The notes: generated by a model not told the origin, from the sequence alone. A stretch of 64,000 nt of DNA from Planctomicrobium piriforme (GCA_945871035.1 CAMBUD010000001.1:17609-81608), one strand, 5' to 3'. Numbered from the stretch's first letter, positions 35,840 to 44,676 are shown. Program-made: numbers and translations.

Positions 35840-36199
35840 ATGACAAAAGTAAGTGAAATTCGAGACATGAGCGAGGAGCAGATTCGGCTGGTCTGGAAAG
35901 ACGCTGCCGAAACCCTGTTTCGTCTGCGCATGCAGGCCCAGACGGAGAAGCTTGCAGCGCCCTCGGACGTGCGAAAGCAGCGGCAAACAATTGCCCGTTG
36001 CCAGACCATTTTAACGCAGCGTGGTGTGGCTGTGGTGCCAACGTCCAGTGTGGCCGCTGCGCCCGCAAGTCGGCCCCGAGTGCACGGCATTCATGCCAAG
36101 AAAAAGCGTCGCGCCGTTAAAAACCTGGAAAAGATCGCCTTTCGGGCAGAGGTTTCGGCAAAGAAAAAACTTCGTAAGCAGGTCTCCGGCGGTAAGTAA
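35840..36199 (+). CDS. rpmC: 50S ribosomal protein L29 with a long basic C-terminal extension
   Basis: 'MTKVSEIRDMSEEQIRLVWKDAAETLFRLRMQ' is L29-like. About 55 extra residues follow the conserved core. Confidence 0.88.
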   Translation: MTKVSEIRDMSEEQIRLVWKDAAETLFRLRMQAQTEKLAAPSDVRKQRQTIARCQTILTQRGVAVVPTSSVAAAPASRPRVHGIHAKKKRRAVKNLEKIAFRAEVSAKKKLRKQVSGGK

Positions 36200-36314
36200 A
36201 AAGATTCTAAATACAAGTATCCCCAACAGTTCCCTTGCGTTGCGTTTCCTTTCGTTTTCAAAAAATCATCGAGCACAGGCTCTTACAGAAAATTTCAACC
36301 AGCCAAGTCACAGC

Positions 36315-36339
36315 CTCCACGGAGCGACAATCCGTGGAG
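36315..36339 (+). promoter_or_regulatory. perfect 9-bp stem-loop in the rpmC-rpsQ spacer
   Basis: CTCCACGGA (36315-36323), loop gcgacaa, then TCCGTGGAG (36331-36339). No U-tract follows. Confidence 0.4.
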
Positions 36340-36372
36340 CATCGATCCGAAAGATCATCAGGAATTTAAGCC

Positions 36373-36738
36373 ATGCCTAAGCGAATGGAAACAGGAACGG
36401 TCACCAGCGCCGCCTCGAGCAAGACGCGCCGAGTGGAAATTCCGCGCGTTGTGCGCCATGCAAAATACGGCCGAATCCTTCATCGCCGCACCGTCTGTCA
36501 CATGCATGATGAGTTGGAAGTGTCCCAGATTGGCGACACCGTTGAGATCGTTGAGTGCCGGCCGCGCAGTCGGCTCAAGCGTTGGGAGTTGGTGCGAGTG
36601 GTGTCTAAGAGTACGGCCGTGGATGTGGCGTCACTGCGCAGCGGTGCCCGAGCCACTCAGCTGCGAGAAACTGCGGTCAAGAGTGAGAACGCTGCCGCAG
36701 CCGGGCAGTCCAAGGAGACAAGTCCTGCAAAGGCATAA
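36373..36738 (+). CDS. rpsQ: 30S ribosomal protein S17 (C-terminal extension)
   Basis: 'GTVTSAASSKTRRVEI.R...H.KYGRI..R......HDE......GD.V.I.ECRP.S..KRW'. Confidence 0.93.
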   Translation: MPKRMETGTVTSAASSKTRRVEIPRVVRHAKYGRILHRRTVCHMHDELEVSQIGDTVEIVECRPRSRLKRWELVRVVSKSTAVDVASLRSGARATQLRETAVKSENAAAAGQSKETSPAKA

Positions 36739-36763
36739 CTGCTTCGCAACGGAATAACAAACA

Positions 36764-37132
36764 ATGATTCAAATGCAGACGCGACTGGTTGTCGCAGATA
36801 ACACCGGTGCTAAAGAAGTCATGTGCTTCAAGGTGCTTGGCGGGAGTAAGAAGCGCACGGCTGGCTTGGGCGACATCATTGTCTGTAGCGTAAAAACCGT
36901 GATTGCGGGCAGTGAGGTCAAGAAAAAGGCTGTTGTCAAAGCGGTTATTGTGCGTTGCAAGCGGCCAACGCGCCGTGACGATGGCAGTTATGTGCAGTTT
37001 GATACGAATGCCTGCGTCATTATTGACAACGAAAAAAACCCCAAAGGCACTCGTATCTTTGGGGCTGTGGCCCGCGAACTTCGCGACAAAAATTTCATGA
37101 AAATCGTCAGTTTAGCGAATGAGGTGGTGTGA
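36764..37132 (+). CDS. rplN: 50S ribosomal protein L14
   Basis: '[21 protein letters not shown]', '[17 protein letters not shown]'. Confidence 0.97.
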   Translation: MIQMQTRLVVADNTGAKEVMCFKVLGGSKKRTAGLGDIIVCSVKTVIAGSEVKKKAVVKAVIVRCKRPTRRDDGSYVQFDTNACVIIDNEKNPKGTRIFGAVARELRDKNFMKIVSLANEVV

Positions 37133-37485
37133 TGTTGATTCGTTCCGGTGATCTCGTTGAAGTGCGCTCAGGCAACTCCCGTGGAACACGGGCAAAGGTT
37201 GTTTCTGTCCAGCCCGAGAATGGAAAAATCTTGGTCGAGGGCGTGAACCGAGTCTATCGCCACATGAAGCGCAGCCAAAAAAACCCGCAGGGTGGCCGGT
37301 TGAGCAAAGAGCTTGCGATCGATGCTTCAAATGTTTTGTTGGTTTGCGGTTCGTGCAGCAAACCGACGCGAATCGGCGTTCGTATTTCTGCCGACGGCGG
37401 CAAGGTTCGAATTTGTAAAAAGTGCTCTGCGGAACTGGGCGTGCTGCGATCGCCCCGGGCGGCAAAGGCAGTGGCTAGTCAGTAG
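37132..37485 (+). CDS. rplX: 50S ribosomal protein L24 (with a CxxC...CxxC motif)
   Basis: KOW motif '[18 protein letters not shown]', 'PQGGRLSKE'. The ATG overlaps the rplN stop (TGATG). Confidence 0.93.
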   Translation: MLIRSGDLVEVRSGNSRGTRAKVVSVQPENGKILVEGVNRVYRHMKRSQKNPQGGRLSKELAIDASNVLLVCGSCSKPTRIGVRISADGGKVRICKKCSAELGVLRSPRAAKAVASQ

Positions 37486-37547
37486 CGGTAGGCGAGTGTT
37501 GTGTAGCGAGTAAGCCGACCGTTTGAAAAATATCAAGGACCGTTTCG

Positions 37548-38165
37548 ATGGCAAAGAAGTCTAAGGCAACCGAATCCGTTGGGGCAGCAACGCCCCCCAC
37601 TGGCATACCGCGCATGTTGGAGCACTATCTCAAAGAGGTGCGGCCAACGCTCGGCACTGTCCTTTCGCGTAGCAATCCGCACGCCATACCCAAACTCACG
37701 AAGATTGTGGTGAACATGGGTGTGGGCGTGGCCGTTACGGAAAAGAAATACCTTGAGGAAGCGATCGGTGCGATGGCGCAGGTGACTGGCCAAAAACCAA
37801 TTGCCACGTTGTCCAAGATCGCTGTTTCGGGCTTCAAGTTGCGGGAAAATCTGCCGATTGGTTGCAAGGTGACGCTGCGAGGCCGTCGCATGTATGAATT
37901 TTTTGACAGGCTGGTGTCGCTGGCACTGCCGCGTGTGCGCGACTTTCGTGGTCTGTCAAGCACAGCGTTTGATGGGCACGGCAACTACAGCCTCGGTCTT
38001 TCGGAGCAGATGGTATTTCCTGAGATCAACCCCGACAAATACACGCGGCCGCAGGGTATGAATATCACGTTTGTGACAACGGCCCGCACGGATGATGAGG
38101 CGAGGGACTTTCTCAGAGCAATGGGTATGCCGCTCAAAAAAGAGACTGAAACTGACCAGGATTGA
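37548..38165 (+). CDS. rplE: 50S ribosomal protein L5
   Basis: 'PKLTKIVVNMGVG', 'KVTLRGRRMYEFFDRL', 'PRVRDFRGL'. An alternative start at 37614 would remove a 22-aa N-terminal extension. Confidence 0.95.
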   Translation: MAKKSKATESVGAATPPTGIPRMLEHYLKEVRPTLGTVLSRSNPHAIPKLTKIVVNMGVGVAVTEKKYLEEAIGAMAQVTGQKPIATLSKIAVSGFKLRENLPIGCKVTLRGRRMYEFFDRLVSLALPRVRDFRGLSSTAFDGHGNYSLGLSEQMVFPEINPDKYTRPQGMNITFVTTARTDDEARDFLRAMGMPLKKETETDQD

Positions 38166-38253
38166 TGAACAGCAGATCACGAGTGATGCCGCAGCGTAGT
38201 GGCATTTGAATACAAAAGCGGCCCCGTGGTGGGGCCGGCATCTGGAAACACGT

Positions 38254-38439
38254 ATGGCAAGCAAGTCGAAAATCGCAGCCGCCAAAAGGCCGCCAAAGTT
38301 CTCCACGCGCACTGTGCACCGCTGCATGTTGTGCGGCAGGCCTCGGGCTGTCTACCGCAAGTTTGGCATCTGCCGTATCTGTTTCCGGAACTTGGCCGAT
38401 CAAGGACTCATTCCGGGTGTTCGTAAAGCGAGTTGGTAG
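38254..38439 (+). CDS. rpsN: 30S ribosomal protein S14, type Z (zinc-binding, 61 aa)
   Basis: '[38 protein letters not shown]'. The true start is the internal ATG of ORF 38206..38439. Confidence 0.95.
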   Translation: MASKSKIAAAKRPPKFSTRTVHRCMLCGRPRAVYRKFGICRICFRNLADQGLIPGVRKASW

Positions 38440-38475
38440 TGCAAGCAGTTGGCCCTCTCGCCTTGCTCTGAAAGG

Positions 38476-38538
38476 TCAACGGATAGGGATTCAACGATAG
38501 GGATTCAGGCGTTTAAACAAAGGTTCAAACAAAGGTTC
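38476..38538. repeat. two adjacent tandem duplications in the rpsN-rpsH spacer
   Basis: The first pair is tcaacggatagggat / tcaacgatagggat (38476-38504). The second is aaacaaaggttc x2, perfect (38515-38526 and 38527-38538), ending 7 nt before the rpsH ATG. Confidence 0.9.
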
Positions 38539-38545
38539 AGTTGAT

Positions 38546-38941
38546 ATGATGACCGACCCCATCGCCGACATGCTCACTCGCATTCGTAATGCTGTGCGCA
38601 TTGAACGCGCCACCGTGGATCTACCGAGCTCAAAGGTCAAGCGAGGCCTTGCCGAAGTTCTCAAACGCGAGGGTTTCATTTGGGATTGGAAAGAAGTTGA
38701 ATCAGAGCCAGTGCCACAGATCCGCATCGAACTCAAGTATGGCCCCAACGGTGAGCGTTTGATTCGGCATATCCGTCGCGTTAGTTCTCCGGGCCGCAGG
38801 GTTTACAGCCGATCGGTGCGGCTGCGTCCGGTGCTTGGCGGGTTGGGTATCTCAATTCTCTCCACATCCAGCGGGGTAGTCAGCGATCGTGAGGCGCGAC
38901 AGCGCAAGCTCGGCGGCGAGGTGCTCTGCGAGTTGTGGTAA
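38546..38941 (+). CDS. rpsH: 30S ribosomal protein S8
   Basis: 'MTDPIADMLTRIRNA', 'ILSTSSGVVSDREAR'. Confidence 0.97.
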   Translation: MMTDPIADMLTRIRNAVRIERATVDLPSSKVKRGLAEVLKREGFIWDWKEVESEPVPQIRIELKYGPNGERLIRHIRRVSSPGRRVYSRSVRLRPVLGGLGISILSTSSGVVSDREARQRKLGGEVLCELW

Positions 38942-39039
38942 ATCAGCTGGCAAAGCGCTGCACCACTTCAGGGCGCTGTCCGCAGAGAAATGCATAAGAA
39001 GAATAGTCAAAAAAATCATCTAGGAAAGCGTTTAAGCCA

Positions 39040-39585
39040 ATGTCTCGTATCGGTAAATCCCCTGTGCAGATTCCCAAGGGCGTTAAGGTTGCCGTTCAGT
39101 CTGGCGCGCTCTTGGTGGAGGGACCGCTTGGAAAACTCCAGCAGCGGCCCCATGAGTTTGTCGCTGTTGAAGTCGACCAAGCTGCGGGTGTTGTCAAAGT
39201 GACTCGCATCGATGACGGTCGCAAGTCGCGTTCCTTGCACGGTCTTACGAGGGCTTTGATTGCCAACATGGTGGAGGGTGTTTCCAAGGGATTCGAGAAG
39301 AAGCTGGAAATTGTGGGCGTTGGCTATTTGGCAGCCCTGCAGAAAGATACGCTTCAATTGCGAGTGGGATTTGCCAATGAACTGCAGGTGCCGATTCCCC
39401 CAGGCCTAACCGTCACCTGTCCCGATCAGACGCACATCACGATCAAAGGCATCGACAAGCAACTCGTTGGGCAGTTTGCGGCCGAGGTGCGGGCACTGCG
39501 TAAACCCGAACCCTATAAAGGTAAGGGCATTCGCTACGAAAATGAACAGATTCGTCGCAAGGCCGGCAAGGCCGTTACCAAATAG
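39040..39585 (+). CDS. rplF: 50S ribosomal protein L6
   Basis: 'MSRIGKSPVQIPKGVKV', 'GVGYLA', 'PEPYKGKGIRY'. Confidence 0.97.
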   Translation: MSRIGKSPVQIPKGVKVAVQSGALLVEGPLGKLQQRPHEFVAVEVDQAAGVVKVTRIDDGRKSRSLHGLTRALIANMVEGVSKGFEKKLEIVGVGYLAALQKDTLQLRVGFANELQVPIPPGLTVTCPDQTHITIKGIDKQLVGQFAAEVRALRKPEPYKGKGIRYENEQIRRKAGKAVTK

Positions 39586-39670
39586 GCCGTTACCAACTAA
39601 GTTACACCAGTATTGTTACTCGAGCATTGTTACTCATGAATTGTTAACCAAGCATTGTTACCCCAGCATT
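39571..39670. repeat. GTTAC-based repeat array straddling the rplF stop and extending into the rplF-rplR spacer
   Basis: A 15-bp duplication gccgttaccaaatag / gccgttaccaactaa (39571-39600) includes the rplF stop codon. It is followed by four 14-bp units that each begin ATTGTTA(C/A), at 39612, 39626, 39640 and 39654. Confidence 0.9.
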
Positions 39671-39783
39671 AAAAACACACCCCTTGCAGTTTTCTCTCGA
39701 CCAACCTTTTTCTCTTCCGCACAAAACCGTCCCCGATAGATCTTTAGCCACAAACCCCATTTTTTACAGACCCCACAGTTGCC

Positions 39784-40152
39784 ATGGACCACTCTAAAAC
39801 GATTCTGAGACAGCGCATCCGCCGTCGCCACCGCGTGCGACGAGCCATCCGCGGTACAACTGAGCGACCGCGTCTGTCTGTCTTTCGAACTCACAAGCAC
39901 ATCTACGCGCAGGTCATCGATGACTCCACCGGTTGCACGCTGGTTTCAGCGAGCTCCAGGGATAAGCAGATCCGCGATGCAGTGGCTTTTGGTGGCAACA
40001 AACAAGCGGCCGAACTCATCGGTCGGGCGGTTGCCGAACGTGCCCAAGCGGCTGGCGTCAAGCAAATATGTTTTGACCGTGGCGAATGTCATTACCACGG
40101 TCGGGTGGCCGCATTGGCCGATGCGGCACGGGCTGCTGGCCTAGAGTTTTAA
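39784..40152 (+). CDS. rplR: 50S ribosomal protein L18
   Basis: '[20 protein letters not shown]', 'FDRG...YHGRV.ALADAAR..GL.F'. Confidence 0.96.
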   Translation: MDHSKTILRQRIRRRHRVRRAIRGTTERPRLSVFRTHKHIYAQVIDDSTGCTLVSASSRDKQIRDAVAFGGNKQAAELIGRAVAERAQAAGVKQICFDRGECHYHGRVAALADAARAAGLEF

Positions 40153-40181
40153 GTCAACGGTTCCTGAGGAGGTATGCAGAA

Positions 40182-40673
40182 GTGTCAAGCAGCAAAGAGT
40201 CCCGCGGTGGAGAGTTCACCGAAAAAGTTGTCAAAGTTAGACGCTGCGCCACTGTGGTGAAGGGTGGTCGTCGCTTTAGCTTTGCCGGGCTTGTGGTGAT
40301 AGGCAATGGCCGTGGCAAGGTGGGATGTGGGTATGGTAAAGCCAACGAAGTGCCGCCAGCCGTTGAAAAAGCGATTAAGGACGGCATGAAAAATTTGATC
40401 GAAGTACCGACTGGATCGGGCACAATCCCGCACCGTGTCGAAGGCAAGAGCGGAACGTCCAAGGTGATCCTGCTGCCGGCAAGTCCAGGAACGGGCATCA
40501 TTGCCGGTGCTGCTGTGCGTGCCGTCTGCGAGTCGGCTGGCATTCGCGATGTCTTAACAAAGGCGCATGGCTCAACCAATCCTGTTAATCTCGTCAAAGC
40601 CGCGCTCGATGGGCTGAAGCAATTGCGGACGCGCAGCGATGTGGAACGGTTGCGTGGGGTATCGCTGTCCTAA
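40182..40673 (+). CDS. rpsE: 30S ribosomal protein S5
   Basis: 'VVKVRRCATVVKGGRRFSFAGLVVIGNGRGKVGCGYGKANEVP'. The GTG at 40182 has GAGGAGG 8 nt upstream. The ORF-track start at 40086 lies inside rplR. Confidence 0.94.
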   Translation: MSSSKESRGGEFTEKVVKVRRCATVVKGGRRFSFAGLVVIGNGRGKVGCGYGKANEVPPAVEKAIKDGMKNLIEVPTGSGTIPHRVEGKSGTSKVILLPASPGTGIIAGAAVRAVCESAGIRDVLTKAHGSTNPVNLVKAALDGLKQLRTRSDVERLRGVSLS

Positions 40674-40730
40674 GGTCGGTGTTGTCGGAGTAGAGTCGGT
40701 ACGATTCGTAGAGGCAATCAGGAACTCGTT

Positions 40731-41237
40731 ATGAAGATCAGCGACGTTAACCGCGGAATTCACAAAAACCGCAAGCGTCTGCGCATTGGGCGCGGTCCAG
40801 GATCAGGCCGCGGCAAGACGTCTGGCCGTGGGCACAAGGGGCAGGGTCAGTTGGCGGGCTGGAGTGCGCCAGCAGTCTTTGAAGGTGCTCGGATGCCACT
40901 CATTAGGCAGATTCCTAAGCGGGGCTTTCACAACCGTCACGGCCTCATCGTCAAGAGCATTAATATTTGCCAATTGGAAACCGGTTTTGCCGCTGGCAGC
41001 GAGGTTACTCCAGAAAGCCTGCGAAACGTCGGGCTTGCAAAGGGCATTTGGAATGAGCTGAAAATCCTTGGAGATGGAACGCTCAGTAAATCGCTGCAGG
41101 TCTCTGCGCACCACTTCAGTGCCCAAGCCCGCGAAAAAATTCTGGCAGCCGGGGGATCCGTGACAGAACTCCCCGGTCCTGCTCCTGTTGTACGAAACAA
41201 GAAAAAGGCATCGCGGAAAAAGCCGGTTGCCGGTTAG
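40731..41237 (+). CDS. rplO: 50S ribosomal protein L15
   Basis: 'RIGRGPGSGRGKTSGRGHKGQ', 'PKRGF'. Confidence 0.95.
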   Translation: MKISDVNRGIHKNRKRLRIGRGPGSGRGKTSGRGHKGQGQLAGWSAPAVFEGARMPLIRQIPKRGFHNRHGLIVKSINICQLETGFAAGSEVTPESLRNVGLAKGIWNELKILGDGTLSKSLQVSAHHFSAQAREKILAAGGSVTELPGPAPVVRNKKKASRKKPVAG

Positions 41238-41281
41238 GGTATGGCTCCGGTGCCTCACGAACGAGCAAAGGAGTCGTTAGC

Positions 41282-42643
41282 GTGTTCGAAAAACTCCGTA
41301 TAATTTTTACGATACCAGAGTTGCGGCAGAAGATTCTGCTGACGCTTGGTCTGTTGGCAATTTATCGGGTGGGCTGGCAGGTGCCGCTGCCCATTGTCGA
41401 TCCTCAGGCAATGACCGCATTCGCTGAGGAAGCCGGTGGAATCAGCGACCTACTCAAAACGGTGGCGGTGTTCTCTGCGAGCCAGCTGTCTCAGGCTACG
41501 ATTTTTGGTCTGGGAATCATGCCCTACATCTCGGCATCAATCATTTTTCAATTATTGGCCACCGTCTGGTCGCCCTTGGAGCGATTGCAGAAAGAGGGCG
41601 AGGCCGGTCGAAAAAAGATCAACGAATACACGCGCTATGCGACTGTGGTGATCTGTTTGGTGCAGAGCTGGGCCTACGTAGCGTTTTTGTCGTCAACGAG
41701 AGTAGGCGATATGCCGCTCATCCAACCGAGCTTTCTGGTGGACGGCAGATTGCCGCTGGCGTGGCAACTCGTGGCTGTGATGACGATGACGGCCGGTACG
41801 ATTTTTTTGATGTGGCTTGGTGAGCAGATCGATGAGTTCGGTATCGGTAATGGCATCAGCCTCCTCATCATGGCAGGCATTCTTGCCGCCATGCCCAGCG
41901 CCTTGGTGGAACTGACGAGCGATACCAATTGGGAACTCGGTGGCGGTGGCGGCAAGATGGGCATCGAAACACTGCTCGTGCTGGCAGCTCTTTTTGTCGG
42001 TGTCGTTGCGGGCGTTGTCTTTATGACTCAAGGGCAACGACGCATTCCTACACAGAGCCAAAAGCACGTGCGTGGGCGGCGGGTGTATGGCGGTACGCGG
42101 CAGTATCTCCCACTGCGAGTCAATCAGGCCGGCGTGATGCCGATCATTTTTGCCAGTTCGCTGCTGCTCTTTCCGCAGATGCTTTTTCAGTATTTGCACA
42201 ACGCCTATCCAGGCAGTGCTGTGCTGGGGTCGCTGCACGATTCCTTTACGCGCGGGCAGTCCTATCTCTACAACGTGTTTTATGTCGTCCTCATCTACTT
42301 TTTTTGCTACTTTTGGACCGCCATCACCTTCAATCCCAAAGAGATGGCCGACAATCTCAAGAATTTTGGTGCGTTCATCCCGGGCTATCGCCCTGGTAAG
42401 CGAACAGCCGATCACCTTGAACGCGTCATGGAACGCATCACGTACGTCGGTGCCGCCTTTCTGGCCCTCGTGGCGGTCATTCCCACCATTGTGGGCGGAG
42501 CACTCGGGATTCCTGCACAAATCGCAAGTTTTTACGGTGGCACCGGCCTGTTGATTGCCGTGAGCGTGGCCTTTGATTTAGTACAAAAAATCGATAGCCA
42601 TCTCGTGATGCGCAACTACACAGGCCTCTTAGAAAAATCGTGA
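41282..42643 (+). CDS. secY: preprotein translocase subunit SecY
   Basis: 'IPELRQKILLTLGLLAIYRVG', 'FGLGIMPYISASIIFQLL', ten transmembrane-type segments, and position in the cluster. Confidence 0.96.
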   Translation: MFEKLRIIFTIPELRQKILLTLGLLAIYRVGWQVPLPIVDPQAMTAFAEEAGGISDLLKTVAVFSASQLSQATIFGLGIMPYISASIIFQLLATVWSPLERLQKEGEAGRKKINEYTRYATVVICLVQSWAYVAFLSSTRVGDMPLIQPSFLVDGRLPLAWQLVAVMTMTAGTIFLMWLGEQIDEFGIGNGISLLIMAGILAAMPSALVELTSDTNWELGGGGGKMGIETLLVLAALFVGVVAGVVFMTQGQRRIPTQSQKHVRGRRVYGGTRQYLPLRVNQAGVMPIIFASSLLLFPQMLFQYLHNAYPGSAVLGSLHDSFTRGQSYLYNVFYVVLIYFFCYFWTAITFNPKEMADNLKNFGAFIPGYRPGKRTADHLERVMERITYVGAAFLALVAVIPTIVGGALGIPAQIASFYGGTGLLIAVSVAFDLVQKIDSHLVMRNYTGLLEKS

Positions 42644-42768
42644 GTGCCAAATATTGACAGGTGCTAGAGCCTCATCTTCTGTCTGCCCTGAGAGCAACTG
42701 AATAGTTCCCCTCCCGTTTTTAAAACCTTTACAAGTGTCGTCTTCCGACAATGCCAGGCGGACACGCC

Positions 42769-43350
42769 ATGCGGATAATCCTCATCGGGCCTCCGGGGGC
42801 AGGCAAGGGCACGCAGTGCCAAAAACTTGTCGAACACCTGCGAGTGCCGCATCTGTCAACAGGTGAAATGCTGCGGGCGGCCGTTCGTTCTGCTGCCCCC
42901 GACAGCCTGCTAGCGGCACAATGCATGGAACAAGGGTTGCTCGTCCCCGACCAGATCATCGTGGGCATGGTGACAAAGCGACTGGAAGCTCAGGATTGTC
43001 GCAAGGGCTGTCTACTGGACGGATTTCCCCGCACGCGGCTGCAGGCTGAAACGCTCGACGATCTCCTCGAGCGTCGTGCCATGAGCGTTGACGGCGTGAT
43101 CGAACTCTTTGTTCCGCGCGACGAACTGGTCAGTCGAATGTTAGCCCGCAAACGGGCTGACGATGACCCCACGATATTCTCCAAGCGGATTGCAAGTTTT
43201 GAGGCTCAGACGGCCCCCTTGCTCGACTACTACCGCGGACAGGGAAAGCTTGCCAGTATCGACGGCCTCGGGTCAGCCGACGCTATTTTTGAGCGTATCA
43301 AGCAAGCTCTCAAGCGGTTTAAGCGTCCACCGAGTGGTGGGCGAAGATGA
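42769..43350 (+). CDS. adk: adenylate kinase (short-lid type, no zinc motif)
   Basis: 'MRIILIGPPGAGKGTQCQKL', 'GFPRTRLQAE'. The ORF-track start at 42751 adds 6 aa. Confidence 0.94.
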   Translation: MRIILIGPPGAGKGTQCQKLVEHLRVPHLSTGEMLRAAVRSAAPDSLLAAQCMEQGLLVPDQIIVGMVTKRLEAQDCRKGCLLDGFPRTRLQAETLDDLLERRAMSVDGVIELFVPRDELVSRMLARKRADDDPTIFSKRIASFEAQTAPLLDYYRGQGKLASIDGLGSADAIFERIKQALKRFKRPPSGGRR

Positions 43351-43452
43351 GGAAGGCAGCGATCTCTTGTATACTGAAGGCCTGTAAGCCATTTCGTTAT
43401 GGTTCTTGGTCAGGGGCAATTTTTCTCGGTTCTTTTTTGAGGTGACTCGTCT

Positions 43453-44256
43453 GTGGTGAATCTTCGTTCAATGCGTGAGATTGCGGCAATGCGTCGTGCT
43501 GGTCTCGTGGTTTGGGGCGCGCATCAAGCAGCGCGAGCCATGGTGCGTCCTGGCGTCACAACGATTGAAATTGATCGCGAGGTCGAAAACTTTTTCATCG
43601 CCAAAGAAGCGGTGGCTCTCTTTAGGGGCGTGCCGGGGAAGGTGCCGTTTCCGGCCGTCTGTTGCATATCGGTTAACGATGAGGTCGTGCATGGCATTCC
43701 AGGGCCGCGTGTGTTGCTGGCAGGTGATGTTGTCAGCATCGATACCGGCTGCAGCGTCGAGGGTTGGTGCGGGGATTCCGCCATCACTCATGCAGTGGGA
43801 GCCGTCGATTCGGAAGTGCAGAAACTACTCGACTGCACATCGGGTGTGCTGGCTCTGGCGATTGAATTAATGGCCGTGCGAAACCGCTGGAGCGATGTGG
43901 CCAGCGAAATGGCCAAATATGTTCGGGATTACGGATTTTCCGTGGTGGAAAATTTTGTGGGGCACGGTATCGGTCGCAAGATGCACGAAGATCCTCAGGT
44001 GCCAAACTTTTGTACCCCAGCTTTTCGCCGCAATCACGATTTTGATTTAAAACCAGGAATTGTGATCGCCGTTGAGCCGATGGTGAATATGGGTTCAAAG
44101 AAGGTCCGTAGCATGCCCGACCACTGGACGCAGACCACAGTCGACGGCCGTCCCAGCGCACATTTTGAGCACACGGTGGCCATCACGGAAAACGGTCCTG
44201 TGGTGCTGACTGCTGCACCCTCCACTCCCGATGAAACAATCAAAACCGCAGTTTGA
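43453..44256 (+). CDS. map: type I methionine aminopeptidase
   Basis: 'VVHGIPG', 'VSIDTG', 'FVGHGIG', 'IAVEPM', 'FEHTV'. GTG start. Confidence 0.94.
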   Translation: MVNLRSMREIAAMRRAGLVVWGAHQAARAMVRPGVTTIEIDREVENFFIAKEAVALFRGVPGKVPFPAVCCISVNDEVVHGIPGPRVLLAGDVVSIDTGCSVEGWCGDSAITHAVGAVDSEVQKLLDCTSGVLALAIELMAVRNRWSDVASEMAKYVRDYGFSVVENFVGHGIGRKMHEDPQVPNFCTPAFRRNHDFDLKPGIVIAVEPMVNMGSKKVRSMPDHWTQTTVDGRPSAHFEHTVAITENGPVVLTAAPSTPDETIKTAV

Positions 44257-44331
44257 GAGTTGGATAGAGCCACGACTGGACCAATGCTGGTTGGTGGAAT
44301 AGTGAAATTTGACGCTCGATACAGCCCCCCC

Positions 44332-44361
44332 TTGTGAATCCACCCCGCCGCTTTCTATACT
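44332..44361 (+). promoter_or_regulatory. promoter candidate upstream of rpmJ (alpha-operon block)
   Basis: TTGTGA (44332-44337), an 18-nt spacer, then TATACT (44356-44361). It lies 66 nt upstream of the rpmJ ATG. Confidence 0.35.
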
Positions 44362-44427
44362 CCGCGTTTCCTGCCAGTATCCCTTGGTCTGTTAAAGGCG
44401 TGGTCGGCCGTCGCCACGAACTCGAGT

Positions 44428-44541
44428 ATGAAGGTTCGCGCCAGCGTCCGTCGCATCTGTGAGAAATGTAAGATTGTCCGTCGCAGAGGCGTTGTGTTCG
44501 TCGTCTGTGCTGATCCCCGCCACAAACAACGGCAGGGGTGA
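44428..44541 (+). CDS. rpmJ: 50S ribosomal protein L36 (zinc-binding C+ form, 37 aa)
   Basis: I translated this by hand because it is below the ORF-track length cutoff: [37 protein letters not shown]. Confidence 0.95.
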   Translation: MKVRASVRRICEKCKIVRRRGVVFVVCADPRHKQRQG

Positions 44542-44676
44542 TGTGGTTGAAACTGTGTTTTCAGCCGCCAGTGCCACATGCGGTGTGGCCTGCTCGATGA
44601 ATCCGCCAGTGTCTTTTTTGCTCAAAATCCTTTCGCTCAATACTCACCCCTGAACAGTCCCTGAGATTTTCTACCC

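Noticed and set aside
39571-39670. Possible CRISPR array or mobile-element terminal repeats in the rplF-rplR spacer. The same question applies to the arrays at 48326-48396.
   Set aside because: The units are only 10-15 bp long and directly contiguous, with no unique spacers. No cas, transposase or integrase genes are present anywhere in the window. I classify them as simple tandem repeats.
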